Positions 44,073 through 55,602 of a DNA stretch of 64,000 bases are shown piece by piece. The notes beneath the pieces were generated by a model, which worked only from the letters and a program-made list of their open reading frames with translations, was not told the DNA's origin and did no database searches. This DNA is from a virus. The DNA lies in IMG/VR virus record IMGVR_UViG_3300025151_000001, positions 1 through 64,000 of that record; one strand, 5' to 3'. Made by a program: the position numbers and the translations under genes. Each line of letters starts with the position of its first letter. Positions within the stretch are counted from its first letter, which is position 1.

Positions 44073-45908
44073 TCAAGCCCCCAATACTACATAATTGTTG
44101 TTTCCATCTGCAATGCAAGTAACGCCATTACGAGCCGATACACTAATATCTGTTTGTGCGCCATTCATGGTATCTCCGGCACTACTACCTGCACCTGTTC
44201 GAAGTGTAAAACCATTTGCATCATTACTGAGAATAGTAAAATGAACACCCGCGCCTTGATTATCAGGGATTGTAATAACAATACTACTCCCTGTAACAAA
44301 GATGTATTTACCCGCGTGAGTTGCTTCGGTTAAAGTCGTATTTGCAGTTAAAGAAACTGTATCTAATCTAGTTGACCTAAAATTATGTCCTGTTTCAACC
44401 ACTACATCTCCATCTAAAGTAATATCGCCTGTTCCCTTCGTTTCAATTTCAATGCCTACGTTGGTATCTCCACCCGTTGCAGATAATTTAGGAGCATTAC
44501 CCGTAGCCGCGTTAGCAATAGTAAATTCATTTACTGCACTACCTGTTTCACTAAACTTGAGAAGTTCTAAAGTTCCATCACCAAGAGCATTACCGTTAAC
44601 GTCTAACATACCGCCTAATTGTGGTGTGGTATCTTCAACGACGTTAGAAATACCTGTTTGTGTATCTAAGGATAAAACATAATACCCTGTAATCAAGGGA
44701 CTTGTGGTATCAGTCATTCCAACTAAAATAACAGATTCTCCGACCTCTAAAGTCAATGCCTGTGCCGGTGACGCTGCAACTACTCTTTGGTCTGGGTTTG
44801 GATTGATACCTGTTGCTGCTGAAGCAATACCGTCAAAAACCTCACTACCCGTCAAAGTAATAGTGCAAGCAGAACTATGAATATTTTTTAAGAAGAGCAG
44901 CCTTTGGGCGCAAGAAGCAGCAGATGGTAATACGACGCTTCCCGCATTAATGAAGTAATATAAATCATTAACCCCCATAGTTGGACCGGCTTCGATTGAT
45001 GCATCGCCGAGAATGTATGCACCGGAAGATAAAGACCCAACTGTAACATCATTTGTTGTTGAAGCACCATTACTTGTTACTGAATGTAAGGTTGGGTCTG
45101 ATGCCGTTAATGCTCCAATATCACTCACAACTTCTGTTCCGGTTCTAAAATCTACATTTCCACCGCTATCTAAAACTAAGAACTTATCTGTATCTGTTCC
45201 GGCATTGACTACACTACCTAAATTTGCTGTCCCTGCAATTGTTGTTGTTCCGGCTCCATCAACGCCAAATTTAACTGCGTCAGAATTATTTCTAACTTCA
45301 AAGTCAGTATTAGCGTCATCACTACCTAAACGCATAATGATTTTTTTATCTGCATCTGTGTTATCAATGGTAAAATCTCCACCTGCTGTTGCTACCTCAA
45401 CGGTAGTTCCACCAGAAGCGGCAGTTACTTTAGACATTTCTGTATATGTTCCGCTATTGCTATATGCTAAGGAAAGAGAGTTTTTGGTTTTTCCTGTTCC
45501 AAAATATTGAACCCTCATCGGATTGCTACCCGTATGTGCAAGAACAGCAATAGGAACATCACCGGCAGTAAAGGCGGGAACCTTGTTTGCAGCGGTAGGG
45601 TTAATTACGGCTAATGCAGAAGAACGAGCAACTAATAAATGATAGCCTGTAGTATATGTTGTTGAAAGGGTAATGCCACTACCAGAAATCTCTACTCTTT
45701 CTTCATCTCTTAAAACTACACCCGCAGCAATCGTTGCCGTTGTTGCAGTAACAGAAGTAGCATCAAAACCACTAATAACATAATTTCCTGCTACACCTAA
45801 ACTAAGTGCTTTAATCAAGCCCGTGTGTGGGTTATCCACACCGTCTTCAATTTGTGTTAAAGAACCACCTGTAGCCATTTGACTATAATATCCCGGATTA
45901 CTTACCAT
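44073..45908 (-). CDS. Tail fibre protein
   Basis: G/T/S/A-rich; DTTPQLGGMLDVNG fibre-type motif. Confidence 0.75.
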   Translation of the reverse strand: MVSNPGYYSQMATGGSLTQIEDGVDNPHTGLIKALSLGVAGNYVISGFDATSVTATTATIAAGVVLRDEERVEISGSGITLSTTYTTGYHLLVARSSALAVINPTAANKVPAFTAGDVPIAVLAHTGSNPMRVQYFGTGKTKNSLSLAYSNSGTYTEMSKVTAASGGTTVEVATAGGDFTIDNTDADKKIIMRLGSDDANTDFEVRNNSDAVKFGVDGAGTTTIAGTANLGSVVNAGTDTDKFLVLDSGGNVDFRTGTEVVSDIGALTASDPTLHSVTSNGASTTNDVTVGSLSSGAYILGDASIEAGPTMGVNDLYYFINAGSVVLPSAASCAQRLLFLKNIHSSACTITLTGSEVFDGIASAATGINPNPDQRVVAASPAQALTLEVGESVILVGMTDTTSPLITGYYVLSLDTQTGISNVVEDTTPQLGGMLDVNGNALGDGTLELLKFSETGSAVNEFTIANAATGNAPKLSATGGDTNVGIEIETKGTGDITLDGDVVVETGHNFRSTRLDTVSLTANTTLTEATHAGKYIFVTGSSIVITIPDNQGAGVHFTILSNDANGFTLRTGAGSSAGDTMNGAQTDISVSARNGVTCIADGNNNYVVLGA

Positions 45909-45909
45909 A

Positions 45910-46248
45910 TCATTCCACCTCAATAACGAAGAAAATTTCTAAAGTTTCTGTTGATGTAAAGGGGCCTACACCATCAAATGATTCTCGTCCAAATAATAAA
46001 GAGCCATCAAAGAATCCTGCTTCACGAATTACTTTGCCGGGGATGGCAGAACCCGCAATACTTAATTTAACTTCGACAACGTTTTCAGTTGATTGGTCGT
46101 TGACTACTGTAACAGTAATTGAACCAATTGGAACATCTAAATCAGTAGCGGCGGGACTTGTTGAGTTTCCACCTAATCCAATCTTACCGCCATCAACATT
46201 ATCTTTAATGTATTTGGCTAATTGAAATCTAAGGTCATCGGTAATCAA
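45910..46248 (-). CDS. Small tail/baseplate protein
   Basis: IG.GG...P...DL..P, IREAGFF pattern. Confidence 0.6.
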   Translation of the reverse strand: MITDDLRFQLAKYIKDNVDGGKIGLGGNSTSPAATDLDVPIGSITVTVVNDQSTENVVEVKLSIAGSAIPGKVIREAGFFDGSLLFGRESFDGVGPFTSTETLEIFFVIEVE

Positions 46249-49200
46249 TATTCCACATCCACTAAATCTGTTTCGGTAATTGTTCCTAATCCACCAAAGG
46301 TTGAGCCAAAACCTAGAGTAATTCCGAAACCCAAGGTCACACCCGAAGACGCTCTCTTCCTAACAAGCAGACGAAGGGGCTTGACCTTAAGTGTTTCTAA
46401 CACATCAAATGTAGAAGTATTTTCATTAAATGCTTGCTCTCGGATAGTGGCGTTGGTTTGTCTATTACTTACAAGTAATTCAGCAAATCTGTCTTCTAAC
46501 TTCTTTGAGAAAAGACCCAACTCTAAGACCATGTTTCCTGTAAGTAAGTGTTTTACTTCAAGAACGTAATATTGATTAAGTGGGATGTTTTCTCTTCTAA
46601 TTTCAACATTGATAATGTCTCCGGGTTTAAGTTGAGAAATACCTTTATGTCCAACTTCTAAAACTAACTTTTTATTTGCTCTAGTGTGTAATAAGAAAAG
46701 TTCTGTTGCCCTATCATCAACATCACTCTGAGAAGCAAGTTCTCTTTCAAACACTTCTAAAGTTTTCTTTCCGTTCTTTTTAATGTCTCTAAGATTCTTT
46801 CTAACAGTTTTGTGTTGTCTTCCAAAAACAATAATTTCGTTGTATTTATCGAAGGTTGTTGATTCGTTCTTAAAATCAAAGATTTGATATTCTCCAAAGT
46901 CTGATAAGACAACATCGGTGTAGTGGGTGTTGTCTCTCTTGGGTTTTACCTTGAATACCCCATCTTCCTCAACTAATCTAAGTTCTTTCTTTTTCGTAAT
47001 ATAGTTAATCGCTGAAAGCAAATCAACCCCTTGGAAATTTGGTGAAGCAAAACGAGGATAAGCCTGAGTTGTTAAGTCAAAGGAAATATCATTTTCTTCT
47101 AACAGGTCATTGATAATTCTTTCAGATTCATGCCCAATAGTTACACCGACTCCAATGTTTGCTCTTTTGAAGTTACCTCTCACTTGATTTGGGACAGTCA
47201 ATGTAAAGACCTCAGAAACAGAAGGAACGCCCAATGTCTTTTTCATTTCAGAGAAAGAGAAGGCAGTTCCTAATTCAGAATCCTTGGAGGTCAAGGAGGT
47301 CTTATATGTAGTAACTCCATCAGAAACACACATTTGGTAGAAACCCTGTGGAACACACGTTTTGATATTTGCAGCAGAGCGATAGACTACATTTTCTTCA
47401 GAAGAAGATTTTCTGTCCAAATCAGCAATAACATACATAGATAAAGCCGCTTCAGAGCCACCTTGATTTACATCTGTGTTATGAACAATGAATGGACCGG
47501 CCTCCTTTTCTTTAACTAGGTATGAAGAAATATTATCATAAGTTCTGTTTCTTCCATTCATTTTTGTATATCTAGATGATAACTTATTCAACTCAATAGT
47601 TTTAGGTGTGAAATCATAAGTGCAAACATGGTTGGGCTGCATAATTCTAAAATAATCATTAGCCAATTGCTTATCTGTGATAATGATATGAGTTAGAGTG
47701 CTATCCGATGTATCAATTTCATGAGACACAACATATGCAATTTTGTCTGGGTTCATTTCGTTGATTGATACTTGGTCATCTTGAAGTGCAGAGTTATCGG
47801 TATAGGCGGTTCCTTCATATCTAATCTCTTCAAATGTTCCCTGTTCTGATACCAAGTAACAACCAGAAAGACCATTGATTAAGTTTAGCCAATAATGTTC
47901 ATCAAAATCAGCAGTTTCAATTTCGTATTTATAGAAATTACCGTCACCTACTTCATTGCTCAATTGAGTTTCTGTAATTCCTGATTCAGCAGTATTAAGT
48001 TTCAGTCTGAATTTCATTCCAATATAAGCACCATCAGAGTCTTCTTCACTATTGGCCGTCTTTTCAAAGTCGTCATATCTGTAAAACTTCTGTCCATTGA
48101 CTAAACCAACCAAATAGAAATTATATAAAGAACTCAGAGCGCCGTTAATTTCTGTTAATCTAGGAGAAACCGTTCCCGGAGTTAAATTTCTAGTTGAGTC
48201 TTCAATGCTAAATCTATCCAAGAATAGAGGTAACATCTCATTTGTTAAGAAGTCATGTTCTGGATTAGATGAAGAACTACATTTCTGATAAATACCTAAT
48301 ACTTGGGAAGTGTTAGCATTGAATGTCGCTCTATGTAAATTGAGGTCTTTTCCTAAATTTGGTGGTAGGAAAATACTAGCATTATTTGTTTGAAGGCTCT
48401 GTAAAGTTCCACTATATTTCGTATTAAAGTAATCAGCATAATTGTCTTTATCAACAACAGCGCCCTTTAACATATGAATATCTGTTCTAAACTCAAATGA
48501 TTCCTTGAGTCCTCTTCCTTCAACTAAGGAATATTTTACTTCAGTCACCTTAAAAAGATTACCTGTATAAAACGCACCACTATTTGTTTTATTAGCAATA
48601 GCCGTTAATGTAATTTCTCCGCCACTCGGAGTTCCTGATACAGTTCCAATTAAATTTCCTTCACTATCACAAACAATATTGCCGTTAGCAAAATTTGTCT
48701 CATTAGACGCAGTAATCTTAAAAGGCGCTGAAGTGGTATAGTCTGAAACACTACTCACTACTGAAGTTGTTTGCGCGAGGTCAGTAAATTGGTATTCAAG
48801 TCTTGGGAGTGTAGCCTTTTTATTAGGTAAGTTCTCGGGGTCAATTTGATTAAAGTGCCAATCATAAACACATTCAGTTAATCTCATTAAACCAAACTGT
48901 TTAAGGTCTGTAACAGAATCTGAACTTGAAATGTTAAAAGTCTCATAATCAGTATCAATGTTTGATTGAACTCTAGATTGTGCTAAACTGTGGTCTTTTG
49001 GCGTTGATGAATTAACTGTGTTCGTATCTTTCTTTAACATGATAGAGTAGTTGGTTATTTCTCTAGTTAATGTAGGATTTAAAACGCTGTCCTTTCTTTT
49101 ACCACTATAAGGTTCAAGGTCAGAATTTACAAACAAGAACATTTTAGCAACTTTGGGGTCAATTTGATATAGAACATCATGGCCCCGGAAAGGACTTACG

Positions 49201-52200
49201 CCTCCGATAACGTCAGCATCTTTATACACAGGTGAAGCAGAACTTCCACTTTTGTGAAATTTAGTATCAAAAAATCTAGAACCGGAAACAGGTTGGAATC
49301 CTTGTGATTCTGTTAATGGATGATTTTCTGTCCCTGAACCTGTTTGTCCAACACCCGTAATATTAGGAAGTGTTTGTAGTCCCGGCCCAAATCTATAGGC
49401 ATCGGCATAATATCTAATCTCTGAAATGATTTCATTATAGTAATCTAAATCATAATCTTCCGACCAACTTGTCTTTTTGGGAGTTTTGTAGTTAACATTT
49501 CCTCTTTCCAAGTTAAAAATTCTATATAGGGGACTACCAAACTTATGAGTATAACTATCAAAATTTGTTGTTGAAAAAGAAAAGGGTGCTTCAAAAAGTA
49601 AATTGGTATTTGCACTAGGGGACTCTTGATATTTTGGATTTAATAGACCAACTACCTTACCTCCGTGCAAATGTGCAGCATTCAAAAATGCTAAAGAATG
49701 TGCTAAGTCATTAGCAGATGTTACTCTTTGAAGATTTCCACCAGAAGATGTTGCTCTTCTATCTAAGAAAATTGTATTAACTCCTGCTCCTGTGGTTGAA
49801 GTATGAATATGCTTTCCAATAAAAACACCGTCAACATAAACAGGTTCTTCGTAGTTATAATAAAATGCTAATGAAGTTGGACTAAATGACCTACTGTCAG
49901 AAATAGAACCCGTAACTCCTAAACTTGAAAAAGTTTTTTCTATTGTGCTTTGGCTGTTTGTGTCCACTCGACCGAGAGAAAGCGGAACATAAGGAGCCAA
50001 TTCAATAGTCGTTTCTGTATCTCCGCGAGAAATATTTAGAATAGAAAAATCAATGAGGCTATTTACTACGTCAAAGGTCTGATTTGTTCCGTCTGTGTTT
50101 TGAAGCCTCGCTTGGAAAAATCTGTCATTTTTCATATTAGAAGGGTGATGAATAGGATAGCCCAAAGAGTTAGCATCATCATCACTTGATGTCCCAACGA
50201 GAGCAGTTCCATCATTACCACTAGCATCTAGTTTTGTTCCTGAATCAAACAATATTCCCTTATCAGCGGAGCCTTCTAATGCTGTAGTCGTTTGAGTAAC
50301 AGTATAATTTGCCGCTAATGCTTTGTTTAAAACATATGACTTCGATAATCTCTTAAATAGAGAAACGCTATTTCCATAACTTCCAAACTTAGCAGTATCA
50401 ACTAATGTTACTCTTACCGAAGAAAAGGTATCAACTACACCAATGTAAGCAAAACTACCATTAGAAAATTTTCCAAATAGTTCATCACCCGGAGAAATAT
50501 CAGTTGTTGTTGAATTGATATCAAAAATTTTAGAATCTCCATTTAAGAAAACTCCTGAAGTTACTACTGTTCTGCTTAAATCTTGAACTGAATTATAAAA
50601 TGACTTAGAAGAATAAATCATATCTTTAGAGAATAACTTATTAGAATTCACAATAGGTGATAATAGTTTTCTTAAATTATTCCTTCCTTCTAATTTAACA
50701 TAAGTTTGACCCATCTCTTTAGAAGTTTCAACTGATTCAACTGCACCGTCAAATCTTTCAACAAAAATTTGATAACTGCCTAAAAGATATTTTAAAGGAT
50801 TAGTGTCATATCCATCCCCAGAAAAACTTAAAGTTAGCATCTCTTTATCCTTGTCGGAACTAGTTACCGAGGCATAGATAAATCTAAAGTTCTTTGTTGT
50901 GAACCTAACAGATAGGTTATAGTCCCTACCTTCAACGATGTTAAACTTAGTTAGAAGCGTCCCATCAGTTGAATTATATGCTCTCCTGTATAATGTCTCT
51001 TGGCCTAAACTCGTTAAAGAAGTTGAATTTGTGAACTCGCCTTCTGTTTCTAATCTACTAAATTCATTAAATTGAATCGTTGTCGAAGTGATTGCTTCAA
51101 CAATTAAAATTCTAGAACCTACCTTAACTTCATCATTAACATTTAAAAAACTAGTTAAATCATAATCACTAATTACTGTATATGTTCTAGAACCTGTATG
51201 AGAATCTAAAGATGCTTTAAGTTCGAACCAATCAAAAAAATCTCCTGTATGAACTAGATGTCTAACTCTTAGTGCATCTTCTTCTGAAACCTTTTTTGTG
51301 AAAATTCTATTGTTATCAACAATACTTACATTAGCAAATCCTGACCTCGAACCTACAGCATCAGTAATTTCTGCTTCAATAACACCCACCGCAGTATTGC
51401 AGTATGTTGGTGAAAAATCATAATGAACGTAGCGAGTTGGTCCGGTTAAATTAATTGTTCCAGAAATGTCGTTATCAACTTGTCTTCTTGCATTATAAAA
51501 AACATCTTCGTAGTCTGTGAAGTCTTCGGTAGGTAATGAATACGAAGACTCTTGGGGAACAGGAGTCCCGGCTACGTCTTTGTTTCTTAAAACGTCGGTT
51601 AATGTAACCTGTAAAGAATATGGACTATAATCAACGACAGCATTTGAGAAATCCTGTTCGACCATAAATGCTGTTTTCAAAGAGTTGACGGTAACAGTTG
51701 AACCACTAGTTACTGAATTGCTTTGAACGAAATATTTTGTGTTATGGTCCAACTCTCCCTTTTTATTTACTTTAGTTTCTTCAATATAGAAAAGAGGCCT
51801 TGAACAAACTAAGTCATTTCTGAGACTATCGCTAATGCCTCCAGAAAAAGCAATAGCATTTGAAGTTAAGAGAGGCCCCTTAAACAACATAAATTTTGTC
51901 CCTTTTGGAATTTCTTTGCCTAACTTTGGAGTAAATTCTAATGAGTCCCCTGCCGCATCATCTGTTAATGATTCAGTAATTCTAGCAAAATGGTGCTGAT
52001 TTGCATCATCTGAATGCAAAAGAATAAACCAATAGTGAGTAGTATTAATACTTAATTGGACCCCATCTCCTGTAAAGGCATTATATTGCTTAACAATATG
52101 ACCGGGCGTTGTTGCTAAATTAGTGTATTCTGTTAAAAGACCTGCGCCACTTGAGATTTCATCAAATGTTAAATTTTCACTATCATCTGAATGAATAATA

Positions 52201-52313
52201 GTAAAATGTTTTTTAGATGAACTAGAAGAAGTATTTGTTTTAATCTTAGGATTCGTTGGACAATTAGTGTTCGTGTCCGTAGTCGAACCTTTATTGAGAA
52301 CAGTTAGAGCCAT
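46245..52313 (-). CDS. Very large (2022 aa) tail tip/baseplate hub protein
   Basis: S/T-rich beta protein; C-terminal NEIIVFG and LKPGDIINV hub-type motifs. Confidence 0.7.
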   Translation of the reverse strand: MALTVLNKGSTTDTNTNCPTNPKIKTNTSSSSSKKHFTIIHSDDSENLTFDEISSGAGLLTEYTNLATTPGHIVKQYNAFTGDGVQLSINTTHYWFILLHSDDANQHHFARITESLTDDAAGDSLEFTPKLGKEIPKGTKFMLFKGPLLTSNAIAFSGGISDSLRNDLVCSRPLFYIEETKVNKKGELDHNTKYFVQSNSVTSGSTVTVNSLKTAFMVEQDFSNAVVDYSPYSLQVTLTDVLRNKDVAGTPVPQESSYSLPTEDFTDYEDVFYNARRQVDNDISGTINLTGPTRYVHYDFSPTYCNTAVGVIEAEITDAVGSRSGFANVSIVDNNRIFTKKVSEEDALRVRHLVHTGDFFDWFELKASLDSHTGSRTYTVISDYDLTSFLNVNDEVKVGSRILIVEAITSTTIQFNEFSRLETEGEFTNSTSLTSLGQETLYRRAYNSTDGTLLTKFNIVEGRDYNLSVRFTTKNFRFIYASVTSSDKDKEMLTLSFSGDGYDTNPLKYLLGSYQIFVERFDGAVESVETSKEMGQTYVKLEGRNNLRKLLSPIVNSNKLFSKDMIYSSKSFYNSVQDLSRTVVTSGVFLNGDSKIFDINSTTTDISPGDELFGKFSNGSFAYIGVVDTFSSVRVTLVDTAKFGSYGNSVSLFKRLSKSYVLNKALAANYTVTQTTTALEGSADKGILFDSGTKLDASGNDGTALVGTSSDDDANSLGYPIHHPSNMKNDRFFQARLQNTDGTNQTFDVVNSLIDFSILNISRGDTETTIELAPYVPLSLGRVDTNSQSTIEKTFSSLGVTGSISDSRSFSPTSLAFYYNYEEPVYVDGVFIGKHIHTSTTGAGVNTIFLDRRATSSGGNLQRVTSANDLAHSLAFLNAAHLHGGKVVGLLNPKYQESPSANTNLLFEAPFSFSTTNFDSYTHKFGSPLYRIFNLERGNVNYKTPKKTSWSEDYDLDYYNEIISEIRYYADAYRFGPGLQTLPNITGVGQTGSGTENHPLTESQGFQPVSGSRFFDTKFHKSGSSASPVYKDADVIGGVSPFRGHDVLYQIDPKVAKMFLFVNSDLEPYSGKRKDSVLNPTLTREITNYSIMLKKDTNTVNSSTPKDHSLAQSRVQSNIDTDYETFNISSSDSVTDLKQFGLMRLTECVYDWHFNQIDPENLPNKKATLPRLEYQFTDLAQTTSVVSSVSDYTTSAPFKITASNETNFANGNIVCDSEGNLIGTVSGTPSGGEITLTAIANKTNSGAFYTGNLFKVTEVKYSLVEGRGLKESFEFRTDIHMLKGAVVDKDNYADYFNTKYSGTLQSLQTNNASIFLPPNLGKDLNLHRATFNANTSQVLGIYQKCSSSSNPEHDFLTNEMLPLFLDRFSIEDSTRNLTPGTVSPRLTEINGALSSLYNFYLVGLVNGQKFYRYDDFEKTANSEEDSDGAYIGMKFRLKLNTAESGITETQLSNEVGDGNFYKYEIETADFDEHYWLNLINGLSGCYLVSEQGTFEEIRYEGTAYTDNSALQDDQVSINEMNPDKIAYVVSHEIDTSDSTLTHIIITDKQLANDYFRIMQPNHVCTYDFTPKTIELNKLSSRYTKMNGRNRTYDNISSYLVKEKEAGPFIVHNTDVNQGGSEAALSMYVIADLDRKSSSEENVVYRSAANIKTCVPQGFYQMCVSDGVTTYKTSLTSKDSELGTAFSFSEMKKTLGVPSVSEVFTLTVPNQVRGNFKRANIGVGVTIGHESERIINDLLEENDISFDLTTQAYPRFASPNFQGVDLLSAINYITKKKELRLVEEDGVFKVKPKRDNTHYTDVVLSDFGEYQIFDFKNESTTFDKYNEIIVFGRQHKTVRKNLRDIKKNGKKTLEVFERELASQSDVDDRATELFLLHTRANKKLVLEVGHKGISQLKPGDIINVEIRRENIPLNQYYVLEVKHLLTGNMVLELGLFSKKLEDRFAELLVSNRQTNATIREQAFNENTSTFDVLETLKVKPLRLLVRKRASSGVTLGFGITLGFGSTFGGLGTITETDLVDVEY

Positions 52314-53434
52314 TAAGCATCAGTCTCCTCAAATCTAAGATACATCAACAGGTTATTTAAGTTAGTCACGATAGTTGAAAGAGACTGAAATCTATCCTTT
52401 GAACTATTGATTACTGCTAATTCATGAATTTCTCCCATGAACTGTTGATTTGTGCTAGCAGCATTATCTCCCGTTCCACCTGTTCCATTTGCCCCAATAA
52501 AATAAGATTCTTTATCAAATGCAAAGGTTCCAGAGTTTGTGTGTTTTGAGTCAAGTATTTTATTCCCATTTACATAGATTTCAATTGCATTATCGTTTGA
52601 ATAATAAGTAACTGCAATATGCTGAAATGAATTGATATAGGAGGGTTCAACATAACTAGGAAGAAACAAACCATCCCCGGTGCTTAAGCCCGATGAATAT
52701 GCTGACGTTATGGTGATTACTGAGGACGTTTTTGTATTGATGGTCCCGACCTTCACAAACTCAGTTCCCGACCGAGCAAACACGTCTTGGACCTGCCCTT
52801 GGACAAAAGAGGTGGTCGGGCTGCATGAAATGGTAGTCCCTGACCCCGAGTAGTCGCCTGTAAGAGTTGAAACCTTATCATAGACAAATTGCCCCGTTTT
52901 ATCGAAACCTTGCTTATCTAACGCTGCATATTGGTATTGAAAGCCCGAATCTGGACTAATTGCATAGTCCGAAGTAAATGTTTGAGTCGCCCCTCCGATA
53001 GTCATAACAACTTGAATTTTATAATTAGCCGGGTTATTTTCATTATGTCCGGTATCATTGACTAGATAAATCTTAAGCGACGTGCTGTGAAACAAAGCCA
53101 TTTTGTGATTTAGCCTATCTGCTCCACCTGCATCATAGGTTTTCAAATATAAATTGCTTTGATAATTTGAAGCCGTTCCATCACCATATGTAACAGGCAA
53201 ACCGGGCATAATTTTCTTTGAGTTTGCGATTGTTCTTACTGTATCTCCTGACCACTTACCGTAACCATTTACATCATAAGGAGTAACAACTGCTTCAAAA
53301 CAAAATGAACCTTCATGGTCCCAAATGCCATAGTTAGTCGTTGCTACATTTGCAGCATAATCAATGGTAATGAACCCATTACACATGACGGGAAAGACAA
53401 TAGAACGCTGCTTTCCTGTAAGAACGTCATACAT
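52313..53434 (-). CDS. Tail protein with LamG/concanavalin-like domain
   Basis: HIAVTY...IYVNG...FIGA...FMGEIHEL. Confidence 0.7.
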   Translation of the reverse strand: MYDVLTGKQRSIVFPVMCNGFITIDYAANVATTNYGIWDHEGSFCFEAVVTPYDVNGYGKWSGDTVRTIANSKKIMPGLPVTYGDGTASNYQSNLYLKTYDAGGADRLNHKMALFHSTSLKIYLVNDTGHNENNPANYKIQVVMTIGGATQTFTSDYAISPDSGFQYQYAALDKQGFDKTGQFVYDKVSTLTGDYSGSGTTISCSPTTSFVQGQVQDVFARSGTEFVKVGTINTKTSSVITITSAYSSGLSTGDGLFLPSYVEPSYINSFQHIAVTYYSNDNAIEIYVNGNKILDSKHTNSGTFAFDKESYFIGANGTGGTGDNAASTNQQFMGEIHELAVINSSKDRFQSLSTIVTNLNNLLMYLRFEETDA

Positions 53435-53443
53435 GATAACACC

Positions 53444-54043
53444 TCAGGGAAGAATTCTAGCAATTTCAAATTCTAAAGTAAATTCAACCTCAACTGTGTC
53501 GGCAGTAAAGGTGGTGCTAAATTGGCGAATGAATCCTTTAAGTCCATCATTCGCTTCTGAATCTGGAAATTCTGTTCTGAAAGGAACATTTAAGTTATCG
53601 AATTCGTTATTGTCCCCTCTTGCGTGATAAGTGAATGGAATGTTTCTTTCAGTTACTTCATTATAGTCTTTGTCAACTTTAGATGGAATTAAAAACACTA
53701 ATTCAACAATTGCTTGATTTTTAGCAACACCTGTTGAGTCAACCGAAGAATGAATCAACTGTGCAATTTCATGTGCCGTCATAGTAACTGTTGAACCATG
53801 ACGAGTTAAAGGGCCTTCAATAATAAAACCGCTGAGGGAAAGATTTTTGCCCGCCATACCAATATCCAATGCAACTGTTTCTGATTCACCCGTAACTAGA
53901 CCAGAAAGAGGAACTTGCATTGAAGGAATTGTTTTAGATGTGCTAACTGAAACACTAGTTGCCCGTAAAGGAATGGTGTTAATGGTTGCACCATCATTAC
54001 CACTATGTTTCCCTGTCTTAAGATAAACGTAGTAATCTGGCAT
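53444..54043 (-). CDS. Distal tail protein-like
   Basis: Immediately downstream of the tape measure; size and beta-strand pattern. Confidence 0.55.
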   Translation of the reverse strand: MPDYYVYLKTGKHSGNDGATINTIPLRATSVSVSTSKTIPSMQVPLSGLVTGESETVALDIGMAGKNLSLSGFIIEGPLTRHGSTVTMTAHEIAQLIHSSVDSTGVAKNQAIVELVFLIPSKVDKDYNEVTERNIPFTYHARGDNNEFDNLNVPFRTEFPDSEANDGLKGFIRQFSTTFTADTVEVEFTLEFEIARILP

Positions 54044-54047
54044 TTAA

Positions 54048-55598
54048 TCACCCTAATGTTCTAGACGAAACGCTTCTATTAACCTTAGAGTTAACCATTC
54101 GGCCAATCTCGTCTGCAATTCTTCTTAGTTCTGCATTCGATGTATCGCGTGCATTGATAGTAATGTTGAAGGTGTTGCCTCCGCCACCCATAACTCTCTT
54201 TGAATCTTGAGCAGTTCTAACTGTTGAACCTCTTGGAAGACTAACCAACTCAGGGCCTCTTTCGCCAACTAAGGTCATTGGTGCAGTTACGGGACCACCT
54301 GCTGATTTAGCACCAAACAACTTTCCAAGTTTAGCCCCTATCCAATAAATCAAACCAGCAACTACTGCTGCTACAATTGCTGCAATCCAAGTCATACTTA
54401 AGAAGAAAATAATTCCACCAACAACAATTGCAATCAATGTAATGATTTTCTTAAATGAAGCAGCCAAGTCTGTCCAACCTGTAGTTAGCCAATCCCATCC
54501 TCTTTTGATAACATCCATGATTAAAACACCAACTAGCATAAATGCAGCACTTAAAAGAGTAACAGCAACACCAAGAGAAAACAGCAGCATTCCTCCAAGA
54601 ATCTTAAGAAGGCCGTCAATTAGCATTTCTAAATCCCCTCCGCCAAAGAAAGCATTAAAGACATCTTTAACTCCATCAAAAGCAATCATTAAACCTGCTA
54701 AAGCAATTTTTCCTACGACCTTAATTGCTTCCCAAGCCGCCTTTAGGCCTTCTAAAATAGATGGACCGAATGCTTTGAATGCTAAATAGGCTAAGATAAT
54801 AATACCAACAACTTTGAAAATAATACCCATAAACATAATTGCTGCCCTTACTACAAACTTTTTAATTAGTTTCATAATCTTTCCAATGTCAGATTTATTG
54901 AACTTTTTAATAAAATCTCTTGAATTTTTCTTTGATTCTCTAAATCTATCTGATAGTTTTCCACGAAGTTTCTTTGGATTTAATACTTGCTTTAATTGTT
55001 TGAAAGTAACAGGCATATCCATACCTGTAATAGCCTTTACCGTAGCACTTCTTCTTCTAAGCCTCATTGTTTTTTCAGCCTTTTGTCTGCCTGCTAATTG
55101 TCTTCCTAAACCTCTAATTTCATCGGCATCTGTAGATTTTCCTATTCTATTAGCAAATGTGCTTTGTGCTTTTTTTGCTCCCCTAATATTAGAGGTATAC
55201 ATCTCGATTCTTTTTAAATCAGCCTTACTTGGTGCTAATTTACTAAATAAGTTTTTGGTTCCACCAAACTTTTTTAATCCCGGAAACTTTCTAATAATAA
55301 AGTCGGTTTGCTCAAGAAGAGAAACGATTTTATTGAACCCTCTGAAGAAATCAAAAGGAAAGAAACCATATAACACTCTTCTGAATTTTGCGAAAGCGGT
55401 GTCTCCTTTCCTAGCGTATTCTGCAAGCCGTCCGAAAGCAGTTGCGGCTCCTTCTGCTTCCTTAGTAGTTTTTTTAATGTCTTTCTCAACTTTTTGACTT
55501 GCTAAAGATAGTTTTTTCATTACCTCTAGCATCTCACCCGTTGTTTTATTCAGACCATCAAGAGCCGATTGCATCTTGATAATCTGAGAAGCCTTCAT
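54048..55598 (-). CDS. Tape measure protein
   Basis: Helical, hydrophobic segments; AGGPV...LVGERGPELV; follows the chaperone pair. Confidence 0.8.
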   Translation of the reverse strand: MKASQIIKMQSALDGLNKTTGEMLEVMKKLSLASQKVEKDIKKTTKEAEGAATAFGRLAEYARKGDTAFAKFRRVLYGFFPFDFFRGFNKIVSLLEQTDFIIRKFPGLKKFGGTKNLFSKLAPSKADLKRIEMYTSNIRGAKKAQSTFANRIGKSTDADEIRGLGRQLAGRQKAEKTMRLRRRSATVKAITGMDMPVTFKQLKQVLNPKKLRGKLSDRFRESKKNSRDFIKKFNKSDIGKIMKLIKKFVVRAAIMFMGIIFKVVGIIILAYLAFKAFGPSILEGLKAAWEAIKVVGKIALAGLMIAFDGVKDVFNAFFGGGDLEMLIDGLLKILGGMLLFSLGVAVTLLSAAFMLVGVLIMDVIKRGWDWLTTGWTDLAASFKKIITLIAIVVGGIIFFLSMTWIAAIVAAVVAGLIYWIGAKLGKLFGAKSAGGPVTAPMTLVGERGPELVSLPRGSTVRTAQDSKRVMGGGGNTFNITINARDTSNAELRRIADEIGRMVNSKVNRSVSSRTLG

Positions 55599-55602
55599 GT
55601 TA

